A stretch of DNA of 63,372 bases, counting the filler, from Reclinomonas americana ATCC 50394 (taxonomy: Eukaryota): the NCBI GenBank assembly GCA_048213135.1. It is 15 parts of 15 records of this genome, joined end to end, with 100 filler letters (N's around TTAATTAATTAA, not from the genome) between each part and the next. Parts side by side here need not be neighbours in the genome. Positions count along the whole stretch, not along the records: positions 1 to 1,783 come from AFZH01021410.1; positions 1,884 to 4,052 come from AFZH01021411.1; positions 4,153 to 8,252 come from AFZH01021412.1; positions 8,353 to 16,192 come from AFZH01021413.1; 11 more parts are not named here. One strand, written 5' to 3'. Within the stretch, counting starts at the first letter, position 1. Each line of letters starts with the position of its first letter. Positions 1-12,425 of the stretch are shown here, in pieces. The translations under genes were made by a program, and so were the position numbers. The notes below the pieces were generated by a model that ran no database searches, had not been told where the DNA came from, and saw only the letters and a program-made list of their open reading frames with translations.

Positions 1-3000
1 CTGATGACGGAGATTTCGGAGAAGAGCATTGTCGTGCAAGAGAAGCAGGACGTGGCTGCGCAAAAGGAGGCCGAGCTCAGCGAGGAGAGCAAGGAGATTG
101 CCGAAGTCAAGGCCGAGGCCGAAGCCGATTTGGCCATGGCCGAGCCGGTGCTGCAGATGGCCGCGGATGCGCTGAAGAACATTAATCGACAGGATCTTGT
201 CGAAATTCGTGCCTTTAACAACCCGCCTCTGGAAGTGCAATGTTGCGTCGGCGAGTGCTGTTTCCTCCCATTCTTTCACCCCCCAGCTCACATGTTATCT
301 GCGTGTGTGTCTTCTCGAGCGCAGCTGTCGCCGAAATGGTCGTGCACCTGTTTGGCAACCAGTACGAGCCCAACTGGAAGGGCGCCAAGGGTATGATGGC
401 CAACCCGAACTTCCTCTCGTCGCTGCTCGACTTCGACAAGGACACGCTGTCGCAACGCAAGATCAACAACGTGAAGAGCGTGTTGAATCGCGGCGCCGAT
501 CTCAGTCTCGAACGTGTGCGCGACGTGTCGCAAGCCGCCTCCGGTCTGCTCGTGTGGGTCAATGCTATGATTCAGTACTGGGATGTGTACAAGACGGTGC
601 GTGTGTGTCTGTGTCACCGCCTCGCTTGTGATGTCATCCGTGGCAGTCGCTCACTCCGTATTACTATGTGTGTTTGAGTAGGTCGAGCCGAAGAAGAAGA
701 AGGGTGAGATGCTCACGGTTGTTGGTGTTGTATCGTCACACGCCTTTTTGTCGCTCACTTGTCGCTGCGTGTAGTGATGGAGGCCGAGCGACGACAGCAA
801 CTGAACCAGCGCACGCTGAATCAGCTGCGTGCGGAAATCACGCAACTCAACAGCACGCGTGCGGAGCTGGAGACCAAGTTCGACGTCGGTTCGCGTGAGA
901 AGAGCGAACTGGAGTCCGAGGCCAACACCATGCAGCGACGTGTCACTGCCGCCACCACGCTCATTTCCGGTTTGGCGTCGGAGAAGGAGCGCTGGAGCAA
1001 GGATCTGGAGAAGCTGCATGCGTCGATGAACCGTTTGATCGGCGACTGCTTGCTCTCGGCCGGCTTCCTCTCCTACCTCGGCGCCTTCACGTCGGACTTC
1101 CGCAGTCGCCTGCTGCTGGAGACGTGGCATCCGGATCTGATGCAACGCACCATCCCGGTGTCGCAGACCTACAACTTGCGAGAGCAGCTCACCGACGACG
1201 TCGAAGTGAGCCAGTGGGCGTCGCAGGGCCTGCCGTCCGACGACCTGTCGGTGCAGAATGGCATCCTCACCACTCGGTGCAGTCGCTTCCCGCTGTGCAT
1301 TGATCCGCAACAGCAGGCGTTGGCGTGGATCAAGGAGAAGGAGGGCCGCGAGCTGCATGTGTGCACCTTCAACGACAGCGACTTCCCCAAGAAGCTCGAG
1401 ATTGCCATCATGATGGGTCAGGCGTTCCTGTTTGAGAACGTGGACGAGGAGTTGGATCCGCTGATTGACCCGGTGCTGGAGAAGAACATTGTCATCAAGG
1501 GCGGCCAGAAGACCATCAAGCTGGCCGACAAGGAGGTGCCGTGGGACGACGAGTTCCGCCTGTATCTCTGCACCAAGATCTCGAACCCGAACTACGCCCC
1601 CGAAGTCTTCGGCAAGACCATGATTATCAACTACACGGTCACGGAGGATGGCCTGGAGGACCAGTTGCTGAATGTGGTGGTCGGCTTTGAGGAGGCCGAA
1701 CTGGAGCAGAAGCGCTACCAGCTTGTCAAGGAGATGAGCGCGAACCGCACGTTGCTGAAGAAGTTGCGTTGTGCTTTCCCCCCNNNNNNNNNNNNNNNNN
1801 NNNNNNNNNNNNNNNNNNNNNNNNNNNTTAATTAATTAANNNNNNNNNNNNNNNNNNNNNNNNNNNNNNNNNNNNNNNNNNNNGTACTCTATCTCGAGAG
1901 AGAGTAACATGAAACTCACCGCGTGCGTGTGTGTATGCAGGCTCGAGGACACCTTGCTCCACTTGCTGAGCACGTCGACGGGCAACATTCTCGATAACGA
2001 CGAGCTGATTTCGACGCTGGAGGACACGAAGCGGCAGGCTGGTGACATTGCGCAGCAGCTGGCCGCCGCCGAGGTGACACGAGACAAGATCGAGGTTTGT
2101 GGACTGCAGTGCCACTCTTGACTTTGCAGTGGTAACAACGCTCATTTGCCCTTTCTCCCACACAGAAAGCGTGTGATGCCTACCGACCGGCGGCTCGTCG
2201 CGGCATGATCATCTTCTTCGTGATGGCCTCGTTGTCGCAAATCAACTCGATGTACGAGTACTCGCTTTCGTCGTACCTGTCTGATGTGTTCAAGATGGCC
2301 CTCTCCAAGCGTGAGCCAAGGTGAGTTCGCGGCACGTACCTGAGCGCTCTGCTCCTTTTTGGTGCTGACCTGTCGTGCTCTCGTTTGCAGTTTGAGTGTG
2401 GACACCAAGCTCGACAACATCATCACGCTGCTGACGTCGCTGGCCTACGACTACATTTGCATGGGTATCTTTGAGAAGGTGCGACGACGATGAAGTCTTA
2501 ACGAGTAACTGAGGAGTTGTCTCATCCCCTTGTTTGTTTTCACAACCACACAGCACAAGGACATGTTTGCCTTCCAGCTTGCGCTGCGGTGAGTGGGCGT
2601 TTCGTCTTCATTGAAATAGTTTTTGTACTAATCTCTCCTGTTGTTGATGGCAACAGCATTCTCGAGGGTGCTGGCAACCTGAATCGTCGTGAGCTCGACT
2701 TCTTCCTGAAGGGCAACTTGGCACTGACGAAGAGCGAGCGCAAGAAGCCGGCAGAGTGGATTCCGAACCAAGGCTGGGAGGATCTGATTCAACTGCAGGC
2801 GGTGCGTGGTTGTTGTTGTTCCTCGAGACCGCAATCGTCGGCAAGAGATTCACATGCTGCTTTTTCTTGGGGGGGGGACGCAGGTGGTGCCGGTGTGCGA
2901 GCACTTGGCTGATCAGGTGACGCAAAACGAACCGCAGTGGAAGTCATGGTTTGATTTGGAGAACCCCGAAGGTGTTTCGTTCCCCATGGTATGTGAAGCG

Positions 3001-4052
3001 TTGGGTTTCCATGTTCTTCATCGCTGTAGCTCACCTGCCTTGTTTCTCACAGGGGTACTCGGAGCGCTTGACGACGTTCCAGCGCATGTGCCTGCTGCGC
3101 TGCTTCCGTGTCGATCGTGTCAATCTGGCCGTGCGCCAGTTCATCATGGAGGTCATGGGACCCAAGTACGTGCAGCCGCCGGCCATCAACTTTTTCGATG
3201 TGCACGAGCTGTCGACGCCGACGGCCCCCATTGTGTGCGTCATCTCGCCTGGTGCCGATCCGGCGCGTGATATCACGGATCTGGCCATCAAGCGCGACAT
3301 GCTGAATCGCCTCAAGCGTGTGTCGCTCGGCCAGGGTCAAGGGCCAGTGGCCAAGGAGACCGTGGAGCAGGCTGTGATCAAGGGTCAGTGGGTCATTCTG
3401 GAGAACTGCCACTTGCTGGTCAAGTGGTTGCGCGAGCTGGAGAAGCTCCTCGAGGAGAACGACAAGAAGAAGGCGACAGGCAAGATGCATCAGGACTTCC
3501 GTCTGTGGTGCACCACCGAGGCCACGCCCAACTTCCCACTGGGCATTCTGCAGCGGTCGCTCAAGGTCGTGCAGGAGCCGCCGAACAACTTGCGCCTGAA
3601 CATGCGCAACACCTTTGCCAAGATCGACGACGAGGAGCTGCAGTCGTGCACGCACAAGCTGTACGCGCCGTTGATTTACGTGCTGACGTTCTTCCATGCG
3701 GTGGTGCAAGAGCGCCGCAAGTACGGCAAGATCGGATGGAATGGTGCGTGAAGCAGTGTGGTCGCTTTGTTCGCCTCTCCACTGTCCTTGTTCTCACCTG
3801 CCATTATCTACTCGCAGTGGCGTACGACTACAACGAGTCCGATTTCAAGATCTCGCGTCGTCTGATCAAGATGTGCGTTCTTCGCGGCGTGCTCTGATGT
3901 TATGAAGAGGAATGATTCGCCGACTGACCATTGCGTGCGTCTCTCTCAGGTACTTGAACAAGGCCGACATGTACGGCGATCCTGTGCCGTGGGACAGTTT
4001 GCGGTATCTGGTGGGTGAGGTCATGTACGGTGGTCGTGTGACGGACTCGTTC
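1..4052 (+). CDS. DNAH10: Axonemal dynein heavy chain, inner arm I1/f alpha (DNAH10-like); internal fragment covering stalk/MTBD, AAA5, AAA6 and lid; multi-exon, both ends missing
   Basis: Spliced exons give hallmark dynein motifs: RFPLCIDPQQQALAWIK, FRLYLCTKISNPNYAPEV, SLGQGQGPVA, GQWVILENCHL, FFHAVVQERRKYGKIGWN, YLVGEVMYGGRVTDSF. The segment ELDFFLKGNLALTKSERKKPAEWIPNQGWEDLI matches DNAH10 as recalled. GT-AG introns restore the frame, including one across the 1784-1883 gap. Confidence 0.88.
1784..1883. other. Artificial scaffold spacer, first of 14. The others start at 4053, 8253, 16193, 17987, 19817, 21572, 24377, 27558, 31411, 33954, 55663, 57998 and 61259.
   Basis: Each is an identical 44N + TTAATTAATTAA (stop in all six frames) + 44N. 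Confidence 0.98.
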
Positions 4053-4152
4053 NNNNNNNNNNNNNNNNNNNNNNNNNNNNNNNNNNNNNNNNNNNNTTAA
4101 TTAATTAANNNNNNNNNNNNNNNNNNNNNNNNNNNNNNNNNNNNNNNNNNNN

Positions 4153-6338
4153 GGTCAGTGTGCGGGTGCCATGGTGTCCCAGGGAGTCGCAAGCGTACGC
4201 ACCACACGTTGTCAATGTACAATACCTGGTGGTCGCGACGGAAAAACATATCCCTCTGCCACGACCGCAACGAGTCAAACAGGCAGGTTTCACATGTGCT
4301 AGAAACGACTGCGACAAGTCTCACCTGAATCAGTATGTGTTCCGTGCGTACATGAGGACCGTCAAAGCCCTCAGCCGGTGCATACACGGCTGTGGCATTG
4401 ATCACACCGTCAGTGCGAGATGAACGTGCGCGCAGAGCTGCTCATGGGAGGGAGGACGCAACTGCCGGGCGTGGGGTCATTCCTCGAGGCTGGAGTCTCC
4501 GCGCTCGGTACCATGCGTATACTGCCAATAAACATCCCTGCGAGTAGCAGCAAGAAGGGTTACAGCGGCAAGAAAACAATGCAGCAGAACACGCACCGCG
4601 TCCCGTGAACTTACCATACACATAGTCTCCTCTCGGGTTGTGCAAATGGAAGTTGATCTTCTCGAAACCCTCGGCAACACTCACCGTGCCGATTGTGCCG
4701 AAATAGTACTCATCTGGTGAACAAAGTAAGCAGGAGGAGCGAGATCGCGGTGATGTGCGTATCCATTGTACCCGGCGGATGATCGGCTGCTGGGCCGTCG
4801 GACTCCGTGAACCGGCGGCTGCCAATGTCCACACGTTCCGGTTCCTCTGCACCGGGTTGCAGAGGCTTGACACCGCGAATGGTAATGTAGGTTCCAGAGA
4901 CTGCACACACACACACACTCAGCAGATGATCAGTGCGCGCGCACAGAAGATGTGTGTTCACGCAACAACTGTTGCTCGCTGTACAACACAGCTCCATCAC
5001 AATGTCGTAGACGCCTGCTGGTACGGGCGACGGGCCAGTGGTATCAACATGGATATCCCATGCGCTGCCAGCAAGTGAAAGTGAGTACCGACACGCCTGA
5101 AAACAACACACATCGGCACGCACTATGTCTGACTGACGGTGAGGACGTCGTGATCACGTGGAAAACCTGCGTGCGTCTGTGTTGATGATGAGTGGGAGAG
5201 ACGGGAAGGAGAGCATGCCACTGATGCAGGTATGTACCACAATATGCACAGCGCCTGAGCACTCTTCTGAGATTGTGAAGAGGTTTCCAGGGGCATAAAG
5301 GGCTGCCACGCGACACAGCAAGCAGACGACGATCAGGGCGCGATTAACATGCACACGTTTTCGCTCGACGCAACTGCCTGGCGCAGGCTTCTGGCGATGT
5401 GCCTGCTGCCGCAGAAACTTTGCCTTCAGTGCGTCGTACATGGCGGTCTCCAGCGCCGACAGCGGGCAGCACGGTGGCAACAAAACTGCCAGAAAACACA
5501 CACACACACTCGTCATCCTCACCGCTGGCCTAAAAAAGACGCCCTTCGGGACGCAACATGGAGAATGCGACTGCTCGGCATGCTCAAGCTCCGTCGCAAT
5601 CTGGCCAGCCTCCAGTTCCGGAAACAGCGAGACACACTCGCCACCGCGGAAGACCACCGCCGAGGGGAACGATCTGCCAAACACTTTGTGAGGCACAACT
5701 GCGATCAACAGTCGCGAGACAAGTCGGTTTTCCACGCACGTGAGGCCAAGACCGCGCAGTGCACGCTGGGGAGCATCCACGTGTATGTGAGAGAGAAAGA
5801 CGACAGGCGAAGCAGCAGCAACAGCAGCTCGTTGTCACACCTCGTGCTTGGCGGCGTTCATCTGCATCGACACAAGGGATGAGATCACAGCGAGTAGAGA
5901 AGGAGAGCAATCACACGCACACACAAAGATCACCTTGACAAACAGCGCATTCGGGTAGGCGGCAGACGCATTCAACACCTGCACCACTCACTGAGTGTCG
6001 AGACAGTTGCGAGAAACACGAGCAGGCAAAGAGTGTACCTCGGGAGACACCTTGAAGCACTTTGGCGACCACTGTACACACACACAGATCAGACTCACTC
6101 ACTTACTCACTCACTCTGTGTCACAAACACACACATACACACACACCAGGCCAAAGGCATAGAGGATCAACAGCGAGTCAGGAGTCTGTGTGCGCGCGCG
6201 CGCGGATCAATACACGATCACTGTTACACAGAGGGTGACAACACACAAAGAGAGAACCTGTCGTGCAACAGTGAGCAGCGCTTGCAGCTCGTCGTTGCCG
6301 GACAGCTCATGAAGAAGAATGCCTGCACACTCGGTCAT
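4153..6338 (-). CDS. Multi-exon protein with an N-terminal thioredoxin-like domain (atypical WSPKC site) followed by beta-rich repeated domain(s); 3' end uncertain
   Basis: Exons 6258-6338, 6147-6185, 6039-6071 and later ones splice in frame to ...SLLILYAFGL-WSPKCFKVSPE-VLNASAAYPNALFVK-MNAAKHE-RALRGLGLTSFPSAVVFRGGECV, a thioredoxin-fold pattern that includes the cis-Pro motif. Downstream exons repeat PG-T(L/V)YAP. Confidence 0.65.
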
Positions 6339-6394
6339 CAAACGTGAAGGACAGATGCGCGGAATGACTCATCCGCGTCTGTTAACATCATACA

Positions 6395-8200
6395 ATGCGC
6401 GCACTGATTGCGGCCGTCCGCGACTCTGCCACAGTTGCGTGCAATGAGAAGCAGTGTGTGTGTCTCTCTCTCTCTCTCTCTTTGCCTCTCTCTGACTGTG
6501 ACTCGCTCTTTCTGTCAAACAGGAGTATGATGTTGAGCCGCGTGCCGAGTTTGTTGAGCAGCTGGAGGCGGCGGCGAGTGCGGGAGTGGTGCCCGACTTT
6601 GCGGATCTGAGAGGCAGTCGCACGCCTTCGTTCAATAAGCGGATGCAGGATTATGAGTTGTACAGGTAAAGTGATATGTTTCTTTCATCATAAAGACAAC
6701 AGTGATTGATCCGTCGTCGTGTGCAGCTTGGTGGAGGCTCTGGAGGAGGCCAACGTGTTCTCGGCGATCGACTTGTCGTTCAATCAGATCCGTTGCGTGC
6801 GATCAACAACACAGTGACGAGAGTTCTTACGAGCTCACCATCTCTGTTCATCAGAGGATGCGGGAGCTACGGCACTGGCGCGCCTCGTCAAGGTGCTTGC
6901 TGCAGAAGAGTGTGTTGTTGTTGTCGTCGTCGTTGTTGTTGTTGCTCACAAATGGGGCGCACGTAGAGCGATCAAGCGTTGACTTCGCTCAACCTGGCCA
7001 GCAACTCGATCCGGGAGGAGGGCGCCATTGCGCTGGCCACTGCGCTGCGGAAGAACTACCACTTTCGCATGCTGGTGAGCGCGGCTCTCTGCTGTCTGCC
7101 TCCATTGATATGCTCGTAACCCAGCCTTGCGTGCAGTCGCTCTTTGGCAATCCGATTGGCGAGGCCGGTGGTCTGGCCCTGGCCAAGATGCTGCGCGAGA
7201 ACGAAACACTCGGTTTGTGAGACAATCGGTACTCGGTATGTGCGCGTGCTGCTCACACCGCTCGCAGAGGAACTGGACATTGGCAACTGCGACATCAAGA
7301 CCGACACAGTGGTGCACTTGGCCAACATTCTCATGGAGGAGAACTCGACGCTGAGATCACTCAATATCTCCAATGCGCTGCTCTTTAGTGCAGAAGTGAG
7401 TGGCAGCCGCTTGCCGCCGCCCACCTCCATAGCGCAGCTGATCTGACTGTGGCGACAGGAGGAGACCACGCTGCACGTGGCCAACATGATTCGCGACAAT
7501 TGCACACTGGAGGATCTCGGGTTGAGTCGACTTGGCATCAGTAACGGTGGCGCCGAGTGGCTGAGCACCGCACTAAAGCGCAACACAACACTACGCACGC
7601 TAGATCTGTCCAAGTTGCGATGCGGTTGCTGCGCTGCTGATACTCGACAGGAGGAACTCACCTGTTTCCCCAGCAACAAGATCACGATGGACGGCATTGA
7701 GGTGCTGGCGGAGATGTTGCAGCAGAACAGCACACTGCGCAATCTCGATCTCAGCGGTAATCGGATCGACCGTGCCGGTGCGACGGCATTGGCGCGCGCC
7801 CTGCAACAAAATCGCTCCCTCGAACAGCTGCGTGGCGCGTGGGTTGGAGTTGTGTTCTCCTGATTGCTGCTGACACACACGCACATGGGGTGACCACAGA
7901 CTGTTCTTGACCAATTGCATGATCCCCGATGCGGGACTTGCCGAGATCGGGAGGGCGCTCATGAACGGCGGCTGTTCGTCGCTGGTGTACATTCGCTTGT
8001 GGGGTGGCAACAAATTCGAACCACTGGTGCGCCTCCCCACTCTTCCCCTGAGCCGCGATTGCTTGTGTTCCTTGCTCATTCTCCTCTTGCTCTGCTATGC
8101 GATGCAGTCGGCCGGCACGTGGGCCGACCTGTCACAAGTCCGGCCATCGCTGCTCACCGATCTGCAACCGTACTCTGTCGACGGTGTGTTGCAGCTCGCC
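6395..8200 (+). CDS. LRRC34: Leucine-rich repeat protein 34 (RI-like LRR), multi-exon; stop not clearly located before the gap
   Basis: Spliced RI-type LRRs: EETTLHVANMIRDN, LRTLDLSNNKITMDGIEVLAEML, IRLWGGNKFE and TDLQPYSVDGVLQLA. These follow the LRRC34 C-terminal pattern as recalled (EETTVHVGRML...IYIWGNKFD...DVEPFVVDGRVYLA). Confidence 0.8.
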
Positions 8201-8352
8201 GTCCTTTTCCGACTTCCCACCTCTCACCCGATTTGCTCATGCTTTCGCAACANNNNNNNNNNNNNNNNNNNNNNNNNNNNNNNNNNNNNNNNNNNNTTAA
8301 TTAATTAANNNNNNNNNNNNNNNNNNNNNNNNNNNNNNNNNNNNNNNNNNNN

Positions 8353-8426
<74 letters not shown>

Positions 8427-8832
8427 GGGAGACAGAGAAAAGAGACAGAGAAAGAGATAGAGAAAGAGAGACAGAAAGAGAGGCAGAGAAAGAGAGAAAG
8501 GGAAGAGAGAAAGAGAGACGGAGAAAAGAGAGACAGAGAGAGAAAGAGAGACAGAGATAGAGAGACGGAGAAAAGAGACAGATAAAGAGAGACAGAGAAA
8601 ACAGAGACAGAGAAAACAGAGACAGAGAAAACAGAGACAGAGAAAAGAGAGATAAGTAAGATAGAGAGAATTAAGAGGGAATACAGAGAGAGAGAGAGAG
8701 ACGCAAAGTGTGGAGCAAACACCGCGAGAGAGTGAGAAAGCTGAAAAACAGCAAGGAGGGAATGACAGCTTCTTCTCTTGTATCGTAATGAACGACTGCT
8801 TGTCTCATGCTTTCTCCCAACCGTGACTTACT

Positions 8833-11800
8833 CGCTCATATACCCAGCATGAAGGAGTGTAGCAGAGTGGGTGCAGGAGGTGGCAACCTAGTCTGCAATT
8901 CTTACACACACCTTCCTTCTGAATGCTCTATGCCCCCCTTTGCCTCTTCCGCCACTTTTCCTCTTCCACCACTCACCCATCGCGAATCACCCAGCAGCAG
9001 GCGGATTAGAGTGACCAACTCTGTGCCGCGGCACCGGTAGCACGCCGCAATACCGGCCATGCGCGGCATGGCTTCAATGTCAGAACCTGAAGTACATACA
9101 CGTTTTGAGTTCACAGCGCAGGAGACGACGACCCCACCGCCCCCCACCAGGCGACACACCACTGAAGTGCGCCGAAGAGGCCAGTCCAACATGCGCGAGC
9201 AGCAGCGCCACGAATGCCGCGCCAGGAATCGAGCGCGAGGTCTCGAAACCAGCGGGAATGCTTGAGCGAACCATGTCGTCAAGCTTCAGCACAATGAAAT
9301 GAGTGAAGGAGGTTAAAAGAGGAAGGAGGCAAGAAACTTGCTCACTCAAAGCGTACAGACAAGGCACAGCGCCCACATTTGATATACGCTTCTCATTGCG
9401 ACGTTCACTTGTCTCTCGCCCTACTTCTACTTATGCAATCCCCACCATCAACGCTCATCCTCCATTCATCTATTGTTAATTAACAGGTTTCTTGTGCGCT
9501 CACTCCTATCCCTCCTGCATTCACAGCCGCATCCCGACCCTTCTGTATCTGTTGCTTTCCCCCCATATGTCTCTTCACTTCGCTTTGTTCACTTCTGCAC
9601 TTTGACCTGCACTATCTCGACGCCCTGCCTGGTGACCTCTTTTGCCGCCTTGGTCCTCTTCCTGCCGCACATCAGCTGCACTCTCTCACTCTCTTCGCCC
9701 TCTCCCTTCCAGTGCGCTTGCCTGTTGGCCTCTTTTCTCCCTTGTTCCTCTGTCTCTCATCTTCACCTTGTTCCCTTCTGCACTCTAATCTCTTTTAACA
9801 AGGCGCTTCTCCCACCAGTCTCTTCTCCTCACTATAATACCTTCCTACACCACCCACCCACTCCTATCATTTCACTGCCCTCTTCCCTTCTTTTCTCTCC
9901 CCATCATCTCACCTCCGAAAGATCAGCAAACGGCAGCACCAGACGACGCAGCACACGGCACACCAAGACCTGCACATTCTCATCACCAGCCCTGCCGTGA
10001 CCCGAGTCAGCCAACACTCCCTTAAAACCACACGATCAGTGATGCAAAGCAGACGCAACGACAGCATGGTGAGCAGCGACATGACACTCTCGCGGCGAGA
10101 GAAACGCGCACGGGCCAGCGACCAGCGGCTGGCCGAGTGGATCAGCGACAGCACACTCAAGCGCGACGCGTAGTACGAGGAGTCCGGGCCAGCTGTGCAA
10201 GCAAGCATCAGCCTGCGAGACACACCACACCCACATATACACACGACGCAACATGGACGATCCAGGCGCATCTTCTCGGCCATGCTCGTCAGCTGCGCAA
10301 TCAGCAGCTCGAACACAGGCTCCACACTCTCGGTGCGAATGTTGCTTTCCGTGTCGCCCGACTGCTCAGCCGCGACGACGCGCGCAATCAGGATCTCGAT
10401 CAGGTTCCACGTGGACATGGCAGTGGACTCGGCCACGCGCAGTGCCACCGCCTTCATGGCGTCCACGGCAAACCACTGAGGCGCCTGCTCCTCCTCCTTG
10501 TCCTTCTTCTTGGCCTCCTTGTCCTCGGCCTCGGCGCCGTTCTCTCCATCGCCACCTTCCTCATCGCCACCCTCTCCCTCTTCACCCTCTTCACCCTCAC
10601 CCTCGCCTTCGCCTTCACCCTCACCCTCGCCCTCCTCGTCCTCCTCGTCACCCTCCTTCTCCTTCTTGGCCTTGGCGCGCTTGATGGCCTCCACGACCAC
10701 CTTTTGCAGCCACTCGTCGCTCACCACGGCCTCCTCTGCCTTGTCGTCCTTGGCGCTGCTCGGCAGCTGTGCCAGCATCTGGCGGAGGGAGGTGAAGAGC
10801 TCCATCTGGATGAGGATCTCCGGCTCACCCTTGAACTCCACGTTGAGGGCGCCGAGGACGGTGTTGACCAGCGTGAGGCCCCACGGTTGCGGGTCGCGCA
10901 GCATGTCCAGGAGGGTTTCGTAGAGGCCGGCGAAGGCCACCTATTGGGAGGGGAAGGGGGCGGAAATGGAGAGGGAGGAGGAGAATGGAAGAAGAATAAG
11001 GACCAACAAAATTAACAGAACATAAACAATAGCATGAGGAAGGCGAGGGAGAAGAAGAGCGGAAGAAGAAACAATGGAACGGTGACGCAACAGGAAGAGA
11101 ACAGCCAATCGGAAAAGAGAGATTGAGTGGAACAGAGAGACTGAGTAGAACAGAGAGACTGAGAGGAAAAGAGAAACTGCGAGGAGAAGAAACTGAGTGT
11201 GAATGAAACTGAGAGGAAATGAGAGATTCAACGTGGCAGAGAGTCTGAGTGGAGAAGAGACAGAGTAACGAATGGAGACTGAGAGGAATGAAACAGAGTG
11301 GGGAGGATAACTGAGTGGAAATAGAGATTGTAAAGAGTCAGAATGGTGAAACGACTTGAGGTGGGGAGGAAAACCAAACGACATAGAGACACTGAGTGTA
11401 GAAGATGAGACTGAAAAAGGAGCGCACATCTTCACGGTGACCGACCTATCTATCTTGGTCAACAGCACAAAAAACAACGCGATGTCTCTTCTCTGCATGT
11501 CAGCAAAACTCACATGCAATTCTTGTCCCCACTCACGTCATGCTGCTTTCCTCGCACTCTGGTGCTTTTCACAACATATCACTCTCCATGTCACGTTTCT
11601 TTCTCGTTTTCTTACTCCTCTGGTTCGCCTCCGAAATTGTGTTCTCACCTTCTGTCGCTAACTTCGTTTCACCATACGGTATTCTTCGACACTGTTTCTT
11701 TCAGATTCTCGCCACACCTCCCTCCATTTCTCACATATCATTCTTCTCCCTTTCCCTCTGCCCTCTCACCCTTTCCTTTTTCCCCCCTTCCCCCTCCTCA

Positions 11801-12390
11801 CCTTCACGAGCACCAACGACTCATGACCCGCGCCATCGAGGTTGCCGACCACACTCGGCGCCTCGACCACATTCTGGAACTCCAGCTGCATGGCCGGCAC
11901 CAGGCTGCGCAGCATCTCCTGACGCATGAGGCACGACTGCGTGTTGGCCAGCAACTGCCGCATGGCACTCATGCCGCAGCTGCGCAGCACGGCGCGGATG
12001 CGACGGTGACGAATGGCCGTGCGCAGCTACAGATGCACACACAGGAATCAGCACGCTTTTCGACACACAGCGACATTCTCTCTCTCTCCCTTCTCTCTCC
12101 CTCTCCCTCCTTCTCTCTCACACACTCTTTCGACACTCTCTCCCCCCACCTCCTTCCCTGTCTCTCCCTCTCTCTCTTCCACACTAACCTGCGCAAGCGG
12201 CACGGGACTGCCGATAAAGTTGACAACGTGGCGCCACACTTGACCGAACAAGTCCTCGTCACTGGCACCGGCACGACGCAGGCTGCGCCACGCCAGCGCC
12301 ACGGAACGCGCATGTCGCTGCTTGTCCGTGAGCTGCTCGACGCGGGACGCGGTAACCGACGGCGTGTTGGGCGTCTGCGACGTGGCCTGC

Positions 12391-12425
<35 letters not shown>

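Noticed and set aside
1828..1839. TTAATTAATTAA palindrome recurring 14 times (possible piggyBac TTAA site or regulatory motif)
   Set aside because: Always centred in 44N+44N; it is a synthetic six-frame-stop contig linker.
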